DNA of 64,000 nucleotides, from assembly GCA_963822965.1 (NCBI GenBank), contig CAWGJT010000010.1:160001-224000 (forward strand). Direction: 5' to 3'. Positions 9,429-18,304 of this stretch are shown here, piece after piece. The translations under genes were made by a program, and so were the position numbers. Every line of letters begins with the position of its first letter. Position 1 is the first letter of the stretch. Source of the stretch: an uncultured delta proteobacterium. Lineage in GTDB: Bacteria > Myxococcota_A > UBA9160 > UBA4427. The notes beneath the pieces are model-generated. The model saw nothing but the letters and a program-made list of their open reading frames with translations. It did not search any database and was not told where the DNA came from.

Positions 9429-9468
9429 CCATCCGCCAAGAACCATCCGCCAAGAACCATCCACCAAG
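9429..9468 (+). repeat. 14-bp tandem repeat, about 3 copies, upstream of the LPXTA lipoprotein
   Basis: ccatccgccaagaa ccatccgccaagaa ccatccaccaag. Confidence 0.85.
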
Positions 9469-9501
9469 CGAGACAAAGAGAGAGAACAAGGAGATCCTGT
9501 C

Positions 9502-9789
9502 ATGATCCGGACCCTGGCCGTCGCGTCCTGCGCCGCATTGCTGGCCCTGGCCTGCACCACCACCAGCGAGCCCGAGCCGACCCCCGCCCCCGCACCGGTG
9601 GCCGTCGAGCAGCCCGCACCGCCGCCGGCTCCCGAGCCCGTGGCCACGCCCGTCGCCGAGCCCGTGCGGGCCCCGATCGAGCTGCCCAAGACCGCCGGTG
9701 TGCTGCCGTTGGTGGGGCTGTCGGGGCTCGTCGCCCTGGGGCTCGGAACGGTGACGCGCGTCGCACGGCGCACGGTCTCCCGGCGCTGA
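9502..9789 (+). CDS. 95-aa Pro/Ala/Glu-rich lipoprotein with C-terminal LPXTA sortase sorting signal
   Basis: AAGGAG RBS; signal peptide ending LLALA-C18; 42-aa Pro-rich spacer; LPKTA, hydrophobic helix and RVARRTVSRR tail; directly upstream of a sortase. Confidence 0.85.
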   Translation: MIRTLAVASCAALLALACTTTSEPEPTPAPAPVAVEQPAPPPAPEPVATPVAEPVRAPIELPKTAGVLPLVGLSGLVALGLGTVTRVARRTVSRR

Positions 9790-9859
9790 GCCGCCTCGTG
9801 CGCGGTGGGGGATCCAGTCCCACGCCGCCGCAGCCGATGATGCGAACGAGCAGACCGGG

Positions 9860-10579
9860 ATGTTCATGATTCGTGACGACTCCAGGACCGATCTCGCCGC
9901 CAGCGCGCCCGTCGGGGCGCGCTGGCAGGCGGCGGTGCGCGTCTTCGAGCGTGTGCTCTTCGCCGTGGGCGCGGGCTGTCTGGTCTTCTACGCGGTTGCG
10001 TGTACGTCGAGCTCGTGGTTCCAGGCCCGGGAGCAGGACGCCTTCGCGCAAGCGCTCGCGGCGCGCATCCAGTCCGAGGCGCCCGACCACAGCGACTGGA
10101 GCGAGGCGCGCGTGCGTCACTACCAGGAGGTGGCCGGCACGCCCGTGCAGGCGATGGGGAGACTCGACGTTCCCGATGCGGGCCTGTCGGTGATGCTCCT
10201 GGAAGGCACGGACGAGATCACCCTGAACCGCGCCGTGGGACACATCGAGGGGACGGCGCTGCCCGGGGAGCCCGGCAACCTGGGCATCGCGGGCCATCGC
10301 GACGGCTTCTTCCGCGGCCTGCAGCACGTCGAGGTGGGAGACACCCTGTCGCTCACCACCCTGGACGGCGTCGCCGAGTACGCGGTGGAGTCGATCGAAA
10401 TCGTGGCTCCCTCGGCGGTGGAGGTGCTGGCGCCCACCGAGGATCCCTCCATCACGTTGGTCACCTGCTACCCGTTCTACTACGTGGGCGACGCGCCCCA
10501 ACGCTACATCGTCCACGGCCGTCAGGTCCGCTACGAGCCGTGGACGCGCTCGGCCGCCCTGGGCGGCTCGAAGCGCTAG
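9860..10579 (+). CDS. Class D sortase
   Basis: N-terminal TM anchor; catalytic His (IAGHRDGFF), Cys (TLVTCYPF) and Arg (APQRYIV). Confidence 0.92.
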   Translation: MFMIRDDSRTDLAASAPVGARWQAAVRVFERVLFAVGAGCLVFYAVACTSSSWFQAREQDAFAQALAARIQSEAPDHSDWSEARVRHYQEVAGTPVQAMGRLDVPDAGLSVMLLEGTDEITLNRAVGHIEGTALPGEPGNLGIAGHRDGFFRGLQHVEVGDTLSLTTLDGVAEYAVESIEIVAPSAVEVLAPTEDPSITLVTCYPFYYVGDAPQRYIVHGRQVRYEPWTRSAALGGSKR

Positions 10580-10641
10580 CTGAGGTCGCGCCCTTGGCCG
10601 GGTCCGGTCGGGCCGCCGTCCCAGCCGCGGCTCGTGGCATA

Positions 10642-12801
10642 ATGCCCGTCATGACTGCCTTCTCCGAAGCCGCCGCGCGGGTCGCCGCGGGCGCCGCCCC
10701 CCAGCTCGAAGCCGCGGACCTCGTCGCGCAGATGACCCTCGACGAGAAGCTCGGCTGTCTCGACGGCGATACCCCCTTCTGGCCGGGCACCATCGATCTC
10801 GGCACCGGCGGCTATCACGGGCATCCGTGGCCCGCGGTGCACGTGGAGCGGCTCGGGGTCCCGGGCCTCGACTTCGCCGACGGGCCTCGCGGATGCGTGC
10901 TGGGGCCGTGCACCGTGTTCCCCGTCTCGATGGCGCGCGGCGCTTCGTTCGATCCCGATCTCGAGCGGCGCATCGGCCGGGCGATCGGTGCCGAGCTACG
11001 CGCCCAGGGCGCCACCTACACCGGCGCGGTGTGCATGAATCTGCTGCGGCACCCGGCCTGGGGGCGCGCCCAGGAGACCTACGGCGAGGACCCGCTCCAC
11101 GTGGGCGAGATGGCCCTCGCGCTCAGCCAGGGGCTGCAGGAGCACGTGATGGCGTGCATGAAGCACTTCGCGCTCAACTCGATGGAGAACGCGCGCTTCC
11201 AGGTGGACGTGATCGCCGACGAGCGGGCTCTCCACGAGGTGTACCTGCCGCACTTCAAGCGGGTCGCCCAGGCGGGCATCGCCAGCGTGATGAGTAGCTA
11301 CAACTCGCTGAACGGCGAGTGGTGCGGAGAGAACGCGTCCCTGCTGATCGACATCCTGCGCCGGGACTGGGGCTTCGAGGGCTTCGTGATCACCGACTTC
11401 ACGTTCGGGCTGCGCGATCCGGTGAAGTCGGTGAAGGCCGGCTGCAACGTGGAGATGCCGTTCCGCCAGCAGCGCGCCCTCGCGCTTCCGGCCGCGGTGG
11501 CGTCCGGGGAGCTGCCGCTCGAGGACGTGGACGCGCGGGTGCGGGAGACGCTCGCCACCTTCCTGCGCTTCCGGCGCGTGTACGAGAGTCGCCCCGGCCC
11601 CGAGGTGGTCGCGTGTCCGGAGCACCGGGCGCTGTCGCGCGAGGCGGCCGCCGCCTCGATGGTGCTGCTCCGCAACGCCGGCGGACTGCTTCCGCTGTCG
11701 GCGGGTGAGCTGCGGCGTGTGGCCGTGCTCGGGCGCCTGGCCGATCGCCCGAACCTGGGCGACGGAGGCAGTAGCAACGTCCTGCAGCCCGACGTGGTGA
11801 CCCCCCTGGCCGGTCTGCGCGCTGCCCTGCCGCATGCCGAGCTGGTGCACGCGGAGGACGACGTCTCGGTGCTGCGGGATGCCGACGTGGTGGTGGTGGT
11901 GGTGGGCTACACGAAGCACGACGAGGGCGAGTTCATCGACCCCGACGCCATCGGCCAGCTCGCGCACCTGTTTCCGCCGGCGGACCATCCCGAGGTGGGC
12001 TTTCCGCCGGGCTGGAAGCCGCCCCATGCGAAGGCCGCGGCGCCGGCGAACGCCGCAGCGCCGGCCGCTGCCACCGGAGACGCCCCCGACCCCATCGGCA
12101 GCTTTGCCGCCGGCGGCGACCGCAGCAGCCTTCGTCTGCGCGCCGCCGACGAGGAGCTCATCCGGGCGGTGGCCGCCGTCCACGATCGCGTGGTGGTGGC
12201 CGTCATGGCCGGCAGCGCCGTCGTGATGCCCTGGCTCGAGGACGTCGCCGCGACCCTGATGCTCTGGTACCCCGGCATGGAGGGCGGCCACGCGCTGGCG
12301 GACGTGCTGCTGGGACAGGTCGAGCCGGGAGGGCGTCTGCCCTTCGCGGTGCCGGTCGACGAGGCTCACCTCGTGGACTTCGACAAGGACGCGACCCGCC
12401 AGGTCTACGGCCTGCTGCACGGCCAGTGGTGGCTGGACGCCCGGGAGATCGCGCCGCAGCTGCCGTTCGGGTACGGCCTGGGCTACACGAGCTTCTCCCT
12501 GGGTGACGCGCGACGCACGGGAGAGTCGGTCACGGTCGACCTCAAGAACGTCGGCGCCCGGGACGGCAGCACGGTGGTGCAGGTGTACGGCTCGGTTCCG
12601 GCCTCGCAGCACGAGCGCCCGCCCCGCCGCCTGCTGGGGTTCCGGCGCGTGCACCTCTGCGCCGGCGACTCCGGCACGTTCGCGATCCCCATCGAGCGCA
12701 CGCCCCTCGACGTCCACGTCGGCGGTGCCTGGGTGCGCGAGGATCTCCCGGTCGTGCTGCACGTGGGGCTCGACGCCGGCAGCACCCGCGAGCTCGCCTG
12801 A
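10642..12801 (+). CDS. Glycoside hydrolase family 3 (beta-glucosidase-like), no signal peptide
   Basis: MTLDEK, DGPRG, RHPAWGRAQETYGEDP, CMKHFA and GFVITD motifs; C-terminal Fn3-like part; start 10642 or 10651. Confidence 0.92.
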   Translation: MPVMTAFSEAAARVAAGAAPQLEAADLVAQMTLDEKLGCLDGDTPFWPGTIDLGTGGYHGHPWPAVHVERLGVPGLDFADGPRGCVLGPCTVFPVSMARGASFDPDLERRIGRAIGAELRAQGATYTGAVCMNLLRHPAWGRAQETYGEDPLHVGEMALALSQGLQEHVMACMKHFALNSMENARFQVDVIADERALHEVYLPHFKRVAQAGIASVMSSYNSLNGEWCGENASLLIDILRRDWGFEGFVITDFTFGLRDPVKSVKAGCNVEMPFRQQRALALPAAVASGELPLEDVDARVRETLATFLRFRRVYESRPGPEVVACPEHRALSREAAAASMVLLRNAGGLLPLSAGELRRVAVLGRLADRPNLGDGGSSNVLQPDVVTPLAGLRAALPHAELVHAEDDVSVLRDADVVVVVVGYTKHDEGEFIDPDAIGQLAHLFPPADHPEVGFPPGWKPPHAKAAAPANAAAPAAATGDAPDPIGSFAAGGDRSSLRLRAADEELIRAVAAVHDRVVVAVMAGSAVVMPWLEDVAATLMLWYPGMEGGHALADVLLGQVEPGGRLPFAVPVDEAHLVDFDKDATRQVYGLLHGQWWLDAREIAPQLPFGYGLGYTSFSLGDARRTGESVTVDLKNVGARDGSTVVQVYGSVPASQHERPPRRLLGFRRVHLCAGDSGTFAIPIERTPLDVHVGGAWVREDLPVVLHVGLDAGSTRELA

Positions 12802-12846
12802 TCCGAAGCGGGCCCGAAGCGCCGGCGAGAGCCGCGCGAAGCGACC

Positions 12847-13545
12847 TCAGGCTTCCAGGAAGACCGCGAAGTCCTCGAGCGGCGCTCGCTCGCTGTGCAG
12901 TGCGTTCACCGGGTGATGCTCGTCCGCGTAGCCCAGGGCGACGCCGCAGAAGACCAGCTCGTGCTCGGGGACGCCCACCACTTCGCGGATCGTCCGGCCC
13001 CAGACGCTCCACGCCTCCTGGGGGCAGGTGTGCAGGCCGTACTCGCGGGCCAGCAGCATCAGGTTGCCCAGGAAGAGGCCCAGGTCGCAGAACTGGGGCG
13101 GACCCATCTGCTTGTCGATGCACAGGATCATGCCGATGGGGGCGCCGAAGAACGTGAAGTTCAGGGCCATCTGCTCGGCGCGAGCGGGGGCGTCGTCCCA
13201 GGCGATCCCCACCAGCTCGTACATCTGGGCCGCCACGCGGCTGCGCCGCGCCTTGTACGGCTCGCCGAGGTCCCGCGGATAGATGTCGTACTCGAGGCCG
13301 TCGAGGGGCACCTGCTGGCGGCGCGAAGCGACCGCTTGCACGAGCCGCTCGCGCGCGGCGCCCGCCAGCACGTAGACCCGCCAGGGCTGCAGGTTGCCGC
13401 CCGAGGCCGCGCGCGCCGCCTTCGCCACCAGGTCGCGCACGAGCTCGGGGTCGACCGGATCGGGGCGGAAGGCGCGGTTCGAACGGCGCGTGTCGATGGC
13501 TTCGCTCACGCTGGCGCTGGGACGGGTGTCGATGGGGCTCGTCAA
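12847..13545 (-). CDS. Nitroreductase family protein
   Basis: RRSNRAF and AASGGNLQPW motifs; GLHTCPQ. Confidence 0.9.
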   Translation of the reverse strand: MTSPIDTRPSASVSEAIDTRRSNRAFRPDPVDPELVRDLVAKAARAASGGNLQPWRVYVLAGAARERLVQAVASRRQQVPLDGLEYDIYPRDLGEPYKARRSRVAAQMYELVGIAWDDAPARAEQMALNFTFFGAPIGMILCIDKQMGPPQFCDLGLFLGNLMLLAREYGLHTCPQEAWSVWGRTIREVVGVPEHELVFCGVALGYADEHHPVNALHSERAPLEDFAVFLEA

Positions 13546-13584
13546 GGTGGCGGGAGTCTACCGTGCCGGCAGCGGTCTGGAGCG

Positions 13585-14154
13585 CTATCGCGGCGCCTGG
13601 GCGGCAAGCTGGGCGCGGCACTGGCGCTCGCAGTCGTCGCACACGTACTCCTCCATCTCGGGCGGGCTCTCGCTCTCGAGCCAGCCGAGCCGGGAGACGG
13701 CTTCCTCCGGCTCGAGCCAGGCCCCGAAGGCGAAGATCCGCCGGCAGAAGCTGCAGATGGAGAACGCGTACTCGGCCCGCCGGGCGAGCCGGTCGAGCAG
13801 GGTGACGCGGCGGCGGGGCAGCTCGCGCTCGACGACGGCGCGGAAGTCGATCGCGCCGTCCTCACCCGGGCAGAGGTCGAGCTGCATGAAGCGAAGCCGG
13901 TCCGGCGAGTCGCAGCGGAAGGGAACGGAGAGCGTCGCGTTGCGATCTCGCACCCGCCAGAACAGCTGCTGGTAGATCTCGCGGGTCTTGCGGCCGCTCA
14001 CGAAGTCCCAGATGGGGCGGCCCAGAACGCGCTCGCGGATGAGCTCGGGGGCGGCGTTCCGCTTCGCGAAGTCCAGCCAGCTGTCGCTGACGGACACCAG
14101 CAGGTCGTTCCGGTCGATCGAATAGTGATAGCTGGCGGCCTGGGGGTGGGGCAT
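13585..14154 (-). CDS. Hypothetical PAS-like protein with C-terminal Cys4 motif
   Basis: YSIDRND..VSDSW..FA..VLGRPIWDF PAS-like pattern; CSFC...CDDC. Confidence 0.65.
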   Translation of the reverse strand: MPHPQAASYHYSIDRNDLLVSVSDSWLDFAKRNAAPELIRERVLGRPIWDFVSGRKTREIYQQLFWRVRDRNATLSVPFRCDSPDRLRFMQLDLCPGEDGAIDFRAVVERELPRRRVTLLDRLARRAEYAFSICSFCRRIFAFGAWLEPEEAVSRLGWLESESPPEMEEYVCDDCERQCRAQLAAQAPR

Positions 14155-14254
14155 GAGGAGCTGGCCTCGGGGAGGGAGAAGCCGAGAGGCCAGGGTACCA
14201 GATGCCAGCGTGCGACCGGTCCGCGCGGGGAGCCGCGCCGCACGGTGGGGCGAC

Positions 14255-15229
14255 TCAGGCCGCGTCTCCTCCCGCCTCGCTTTCGGCCTCGGCCGCGAGA
14301 GGCGCCGTCTGGGTGGGCACACGCTCGCGTGTCTCGACGGCGTGGGGGGCGCGAACGAAGGACAGCACCCCTGCCGCGACGAGGGCAAGACCCAGCAGCT
14401 GCCGGCCCGACGGCACCTCGCCGACGATCGCGAAGGCCGTCGCCAGCGTGAGCAGCGGGATCGAGGGCACCACGATGGCGGTGGCGCGCGCCAGGTCGAG
14501 GCGCGCGATGGACTGGTACCACAGCATGGTGCCGCCGTAGGAGAGAACGACGCCCTGGACGGCGAGCGCGGGCATCTGCGCTTCGCTCCAGCTGGAGGGC
14601 AGGAGCGTGCGGTCGCCGGCCCGGGCATAGAGGATCACGGCAAGCCCCAGCCACAGTCCTCCCCAGACGTAGCGCGCGCCCGTCAGCAGCTCGGCGCGTG
14701 CATGGGGGAGACGGCGCAGAACCAGCAGGTGCGAGAGCTGCCAGGCGAGGGGCGTGGCGAGCAGGATCCCGATGCCCACGGGATCGGCCCCGGACTGGCC
14801 GGTGACGGCACAGGCGATGCCCGCCGTCAGCACCCCCACCGAGAACGCTCGCCGCAGGGTCAGCCGATGCCCCAGCACGAGCCAGGCCAGCAGCAGCGAG
14901 TACGCGGGCTCCATCTGCAGACACAGGACCGCGTCGAGCGCCGACGTGCGCGCGGTGCCGAGGAAGAAGAGCGTGTTCGGCAGCATGGTCCCGAGGGCCC
15001 CGAGCCCCGCGAGGGGCAGGGCGTCGGGACCCCGCACCAGGGCACCGAGCTCACCGCGCGCGGCCAGCACGAGTGCCGCCGTGAGGGCGGCGAGCCCGGT
15101 CGTGGCCGCTGCCACGAACAGCGGGTCACCGTGCTCCGTGGTCAGTCGCGCCACGGGCGCGACGAAGGCGCCGTTCAACGCGCACAGCCCCGCGAAGCCG
15201 AGGCCCGCGCGCTCTCCGTCCGGGCTCAC
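14255..15229 (-). CDS. DMT/EamA family transporter
   Basis: About 10 TM in two repeats; LLLAWLVLGHRL and FAIVGEVP motifs; start approximate. Confidence 0.8.
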   Translation of the reverse strand: MSPDGERAGLGFAGLCALNGAFVAPVARLTTEHGDPLFVAAATTGLAALTAALVLAARGELGALVRGPDALPLAGLGALGTMLPNTLFFLGTARTSALDAVLCLQMEPAYSLLLAWLVLGHRLTLRRAFSVGVLTAGIACAVTGQSGADPVGIGILLATPLAWQLSHLLVLRRLPHARAELLTGARYVWGGLWLGLAVILYARAGDRTLLPSSWSEAQMPALAVQGVVLSYGGTMLWYQSIARLDLARATAIVVPSIPLLTLATAFAIVGEVPSGRQLLGLALVAAGVLSFVRAPHAVETRERVPTQTAPLAAEAESEAGGDAA

Positions 15230-15492
15230 GCGGAGCCGGCGCAGCGCGCGAGCTGCGGCATCCGGGCGCCCAGGCACAGAAGCTCCTCGAACGGGTACGA
15301 GGGGTTCACGAGGAGAGCGCGCATGACGACTCCTGAACGGGCTCCCGGTGAGCCCGCCGCGGGAGAGCACGCGACCAGGATCGGGCGACGCATTGTACGA
15401 TGGCGCCCGCCCCGGCGGCTACGGGCAAGTGCCGGACCGACGCCGAAGGCCTCGGGTTCGTCCGGGGCGCCGGGGCGGGGAGGGCGGCGCCG

Positions 15493-16503
15493 CTACCCGG
15501 GGCCCACCCGCCAGGGCACCCACACCGAGGTCCGCCTGCGGTACGCCTCGTAGGCCGCGCGGCGCTCGGGCACCTGCAGCATGCGCCGCTCGGTCATCAC
15601 CGTGACACCCGCCAGCACGCAGGAGTTGAAGGCCGTGCCGATCACCACCCACGGCTCGCCCACCGCGACGCCGAAGCCGGCGATCGACCACCAGAAGAGC
15701 TGCTCGCCGAAGTAGTTCGGGTGCCGGGAGTAGCGCCACAGGCCGGTCTCGAGCAGGCGGACACGCGGCTCGCCCCGGTGGACGCGCGCCTCGTTCTCGC
15801 GCATGAAGCGGTCGAGCTGGCCGTCGGCCGCGTGGGCGACGCCCACGCCCGCCAGCGCCCCGGCAAAGCAGAGCACGTCGAGCGGGCCCACCGGAGGGTT
15901 CCGGAACGCCACGGCCCAGAAGGGCAGGCTCAGCCCGACCAGCATGAGGTGCTGGGCGAGCTGGACGACGAAGAGCTGCTCCCACCAGAAGCCTGGCCGT
16001 TCGGCGCGCATCTTCGCGTAGCGCCAGTCCTCGCGCAGACCGAAGCGCCAGCGCTCGCGCCGGAAGTAGTTGGCCGTGAGCCGCACGCTCCAGACCAGGA
16101 GCGCCGTCCAGGACAGGGCCACGCGATTCCAGTCGGGCTGGGCCTGGGGATGGGCGAGGTAGAAGCCCGCGAGCCCGATCGGCAGGAGCGTCCAGTAGGG
16201 GTCGATCAGCCAACTGCTGCGCTGGAGCAGGGCGATCGCGAAGAAGACGAGGTCCACGAAGACGAAGTAGAAGAGGTTCGCCGCCCACACCGGGTGATGG
16301 AGCAGCCAGGCTGCGGCCCCGGACGGCGTGGTGGCGCCGTCGAGCCCGGGGTCGGGCGGGATCGCGTGCGCGGGAAACCAGTGGAAGAGGGTGTTGGCGG
16401 CCAGCACGGCGGGGAGCGGCACGAGCAGGACGAGCGCCGCGTTCGACAGGTTCTGTCGACCGAGGAGGGGCCAGTCGCGGACGTCGGGGAGTCCGGTCGT
16501 CAT
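15493..16503 (-). CDS. DUF1295 / steroid 5-alpha-reductase-like membrane protein
   Basis: SWLIDPYW, EDWRY, ADGQL and GLWRYSRHPNYFGE motifs. Confidence 0.88.
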   Translation of the reverse strand: MTTGLPDVRDWPLLGRQNLSNAALVLLVPLPAVLAANTLFHWFPAHAIPPDPGLDGATTPSGAAAWLLHHPVWAANLFYFVFVDLVFFAIALLQRSSWLIDPYWTLLPIGLAGFYLAHPQAQPDWNRVALSWTALLVWSVRLTANYFRRERWRFGLREDWRYAKMRAERPGFWWEQLFVVQLAQHLMLVGLSLPFWAVAFRNPPVGPLDVLCFAGALAGVGVAHAADGQLDRFMRENEARVHRGEPRVRLLETGLWRYSRHPNYFGEQLFWWSIAGFGVAVGEPWVVIGTAFNSCVLAGVTVMTERRMLQVPERRAAYEAYRRRTSVWVPWRVGPG

Positions 16504-16625
16504 GGGCCCAGGATCGCATGTCGCGTGGGGGTCCGCGTGGGGCTGCCACGCAGGGCTGGCCTACCCTCCCTTCACCGGAACCATGGCCGGTCCTCCGACC
16601 ATCTCCGGGCCGTCGGGGAGGACCC

Positions 16626-17219
16626 ATGAGCGAGGGCTACTACGAGCCGCACGCGCGCATCGCGCTCGAGGAGCCGCTCGTGCTGGTGGGCCACCCGGGC
16701 TCGGGGGTCGCCCACGCCGCCCGGGCCATCAGCGGGCGCACGGGGCTGCCGTTCAACGACGTCCAGCGCTCGGCCGAGGCGCGGGCGGGCCAGTCCCTGG
16801 CGCGCATCGCGGTGGAGCGCGGGATCGAGGCGCTGCGTGGCTACGAGCTGGAGGCCCTGCGGCGGGCGCTGCGCCGCCGCCCCTGCGGCATCGTGGCGAC
16901 CTCGAGCGGCCCGTTCGAGCATGACGACGTTCGCGCCTGGATCCTCCAGGCGGGTCGGGTGCTCTACGTGAGACGGCCGGTGGAGGTCCTGCTCGCTCGC
17001 ATCCAGCTCCAGCTCGAGGCGTCGCCCGGGAGCCTCGCCGAATTCGTGGTCGGGGCGCCGACCCGGGCCGAGGACCTCGAGCGGCATCTCGCTGGACGCG
17101 AGCTCGCGCTGCAGGACGCCCACGCCGTCCTGGAGGCCGGCGACCGACACGCGTCGCGGCTGGCGGACGAGATCCTGGAGGGGCTCGACCGTCTGCTGGG
17201 CGTGCGGCGCCTGGACTGA
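16626..17219 (+). CDS. Shikimate kinase-like protein with degenerate P-loop
   Basis: Shikimate kinase layout (LVLVG, GLPFND, GIEALRGYE, IVATSSG), but Walker A reads GHPGSGVA without Lys. Confidence 0.7.
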   Translation: MSEGYYEPHARIALEEPLVLVGHPGSGVAHAARAISGRTGLPFNDVQRSAEARAGQSLARIAVERGIEALRGYELEALRRALRRRPCGIVATSSGPFEHDDVRAWILQAGRVLYVRRPVEVLLARIQLQLEASPGSLAEFVVGAPTRAEDLERHLAGRELALQDAHAVLEAGDRHASRLADEILEGLDRLLGVRRLD

Positions 17220-17243
17220 GCCCGGCGGGCCGTCGGCCCCGGG

Positions 17244-18125
17244 TCAGGTGGGCTCCCCGGGCTGCTTCAGGATCAGCACCGAGCACGGTGCGTGGCGCAG
17301 GGTCTTCTCGGCGACGCTGCCGAGCACCCAACGTTCCAGGCCCCGCCGCGACGACGTGCCCGTGATGACGAGGCTCGCGTTGGTCTTGCGGGCCTGGTCG
17401 CAGAGGGCGGCGGCGCCCGGCTCGAGACGCACCACGCTGCCCACGCCATCGCCGAGGTCGCGGGCCAGCTGCGTGAGATGCGCGACGGCTTCGTCCCGCG
17501 CTGAATCGATCAGCGAAGGCGGCATCGAGTAGGACGTGTTGGCCGCGATGCCGGTCAGGATGTCGATGCCGTGCACCAGCACCAGCCGGGCTTCCAGGGC
17601 CCGCGCCACGTCGGCGGCGACCTGGCGGCTCTCGTCCGGCGAGAAGTCCTCGCCGTAGAGGACCGTGCCGCCCGGTGCCAGCAGGGAGCCGGAGCGCACC
17701 AGCAGGGTCGAGCGCGGGCAGATGCGCGCGATCTTCTCCGCCACGCTGCCGAGCAGCAGGGCCGTGATGCCGCTGCGGCCGTGGGTGCCGAGCACGACCC
17801 AGTCGGCGTCGGTCTCCTCGGCCAGGCTCGCCACGGAGGATTCCGGTCGACCGCTCTCCAGGTGGGAGTGGCACTCGACGCCGCGTGCGCTCCCACGCTC
17901 GACCAGGGCCGCGAGCCCGGTCTGGGCCACCTGCCGCTCGCGCTCCACGTAGTGGGACAGCAGCGCCTGGCCGCTGGGCGCCAACACGTGGGACGCCTCC
18001 GGGTGGACGTGCACCCAGTCGATGCGCGACTTCCAGCGGGCCGCCAGGTCGATCGCCGTGTCCGCGGCCCGTTCGGAGCCGGCGGAGAAATCGGTGGCGA
18101 CGAGCAGTCGTCTCGGCGGGATCAT
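17244..18125 (-). CDS. Universal stress protein, tandem UspA domains
   Basis: LLVATDFS..S, VVLGTHGRSG, LLGSVAEK and VLGSVAEKTLRHAPCSVL motifs. Confidence 0.9.
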   Translation of the reverse strand: MIPPRRLLVATDFSAGSERAADTAIDLAARWKSRIDWVHVHPEASHVLAPSGQALLSHYVERERQVAQTGLAALVERGSARGVECHSHLESGRPESSVASLAEETDADWVVLGTHGRSGITALLLGSVAEKIARICPRSTLLVRSGSLLAPGGTVLYGEDFSPDESRQVAADVARALEARLVLVHGIDILTGIAANTSYSMPPSLIDSARDEAVAHLTQLARDLGDGVGSVVRLEPGAAALCDQARKTNASLVITGTSSRRGLERWVLGSVAEKTLRHAPCSVLILKQPGEPT

Positions 18126-18304
18126 GCGGTCTCCTCGGCTTCCGGGGCCGTCGGGATCGGCCTTGCAGCGGTCGTGCCGCCCCGTCCGGGCGTGTACGCC
18201 AGGAGGGGAGCATCGGCGAGGCCCATCGCCGCACGCAAGGGGCGGCGCAAGGGGCGGAATGACACTGTGCCTCGAGGCGGAGGCGGGTCCGGCATGGGGC
18301 GACT

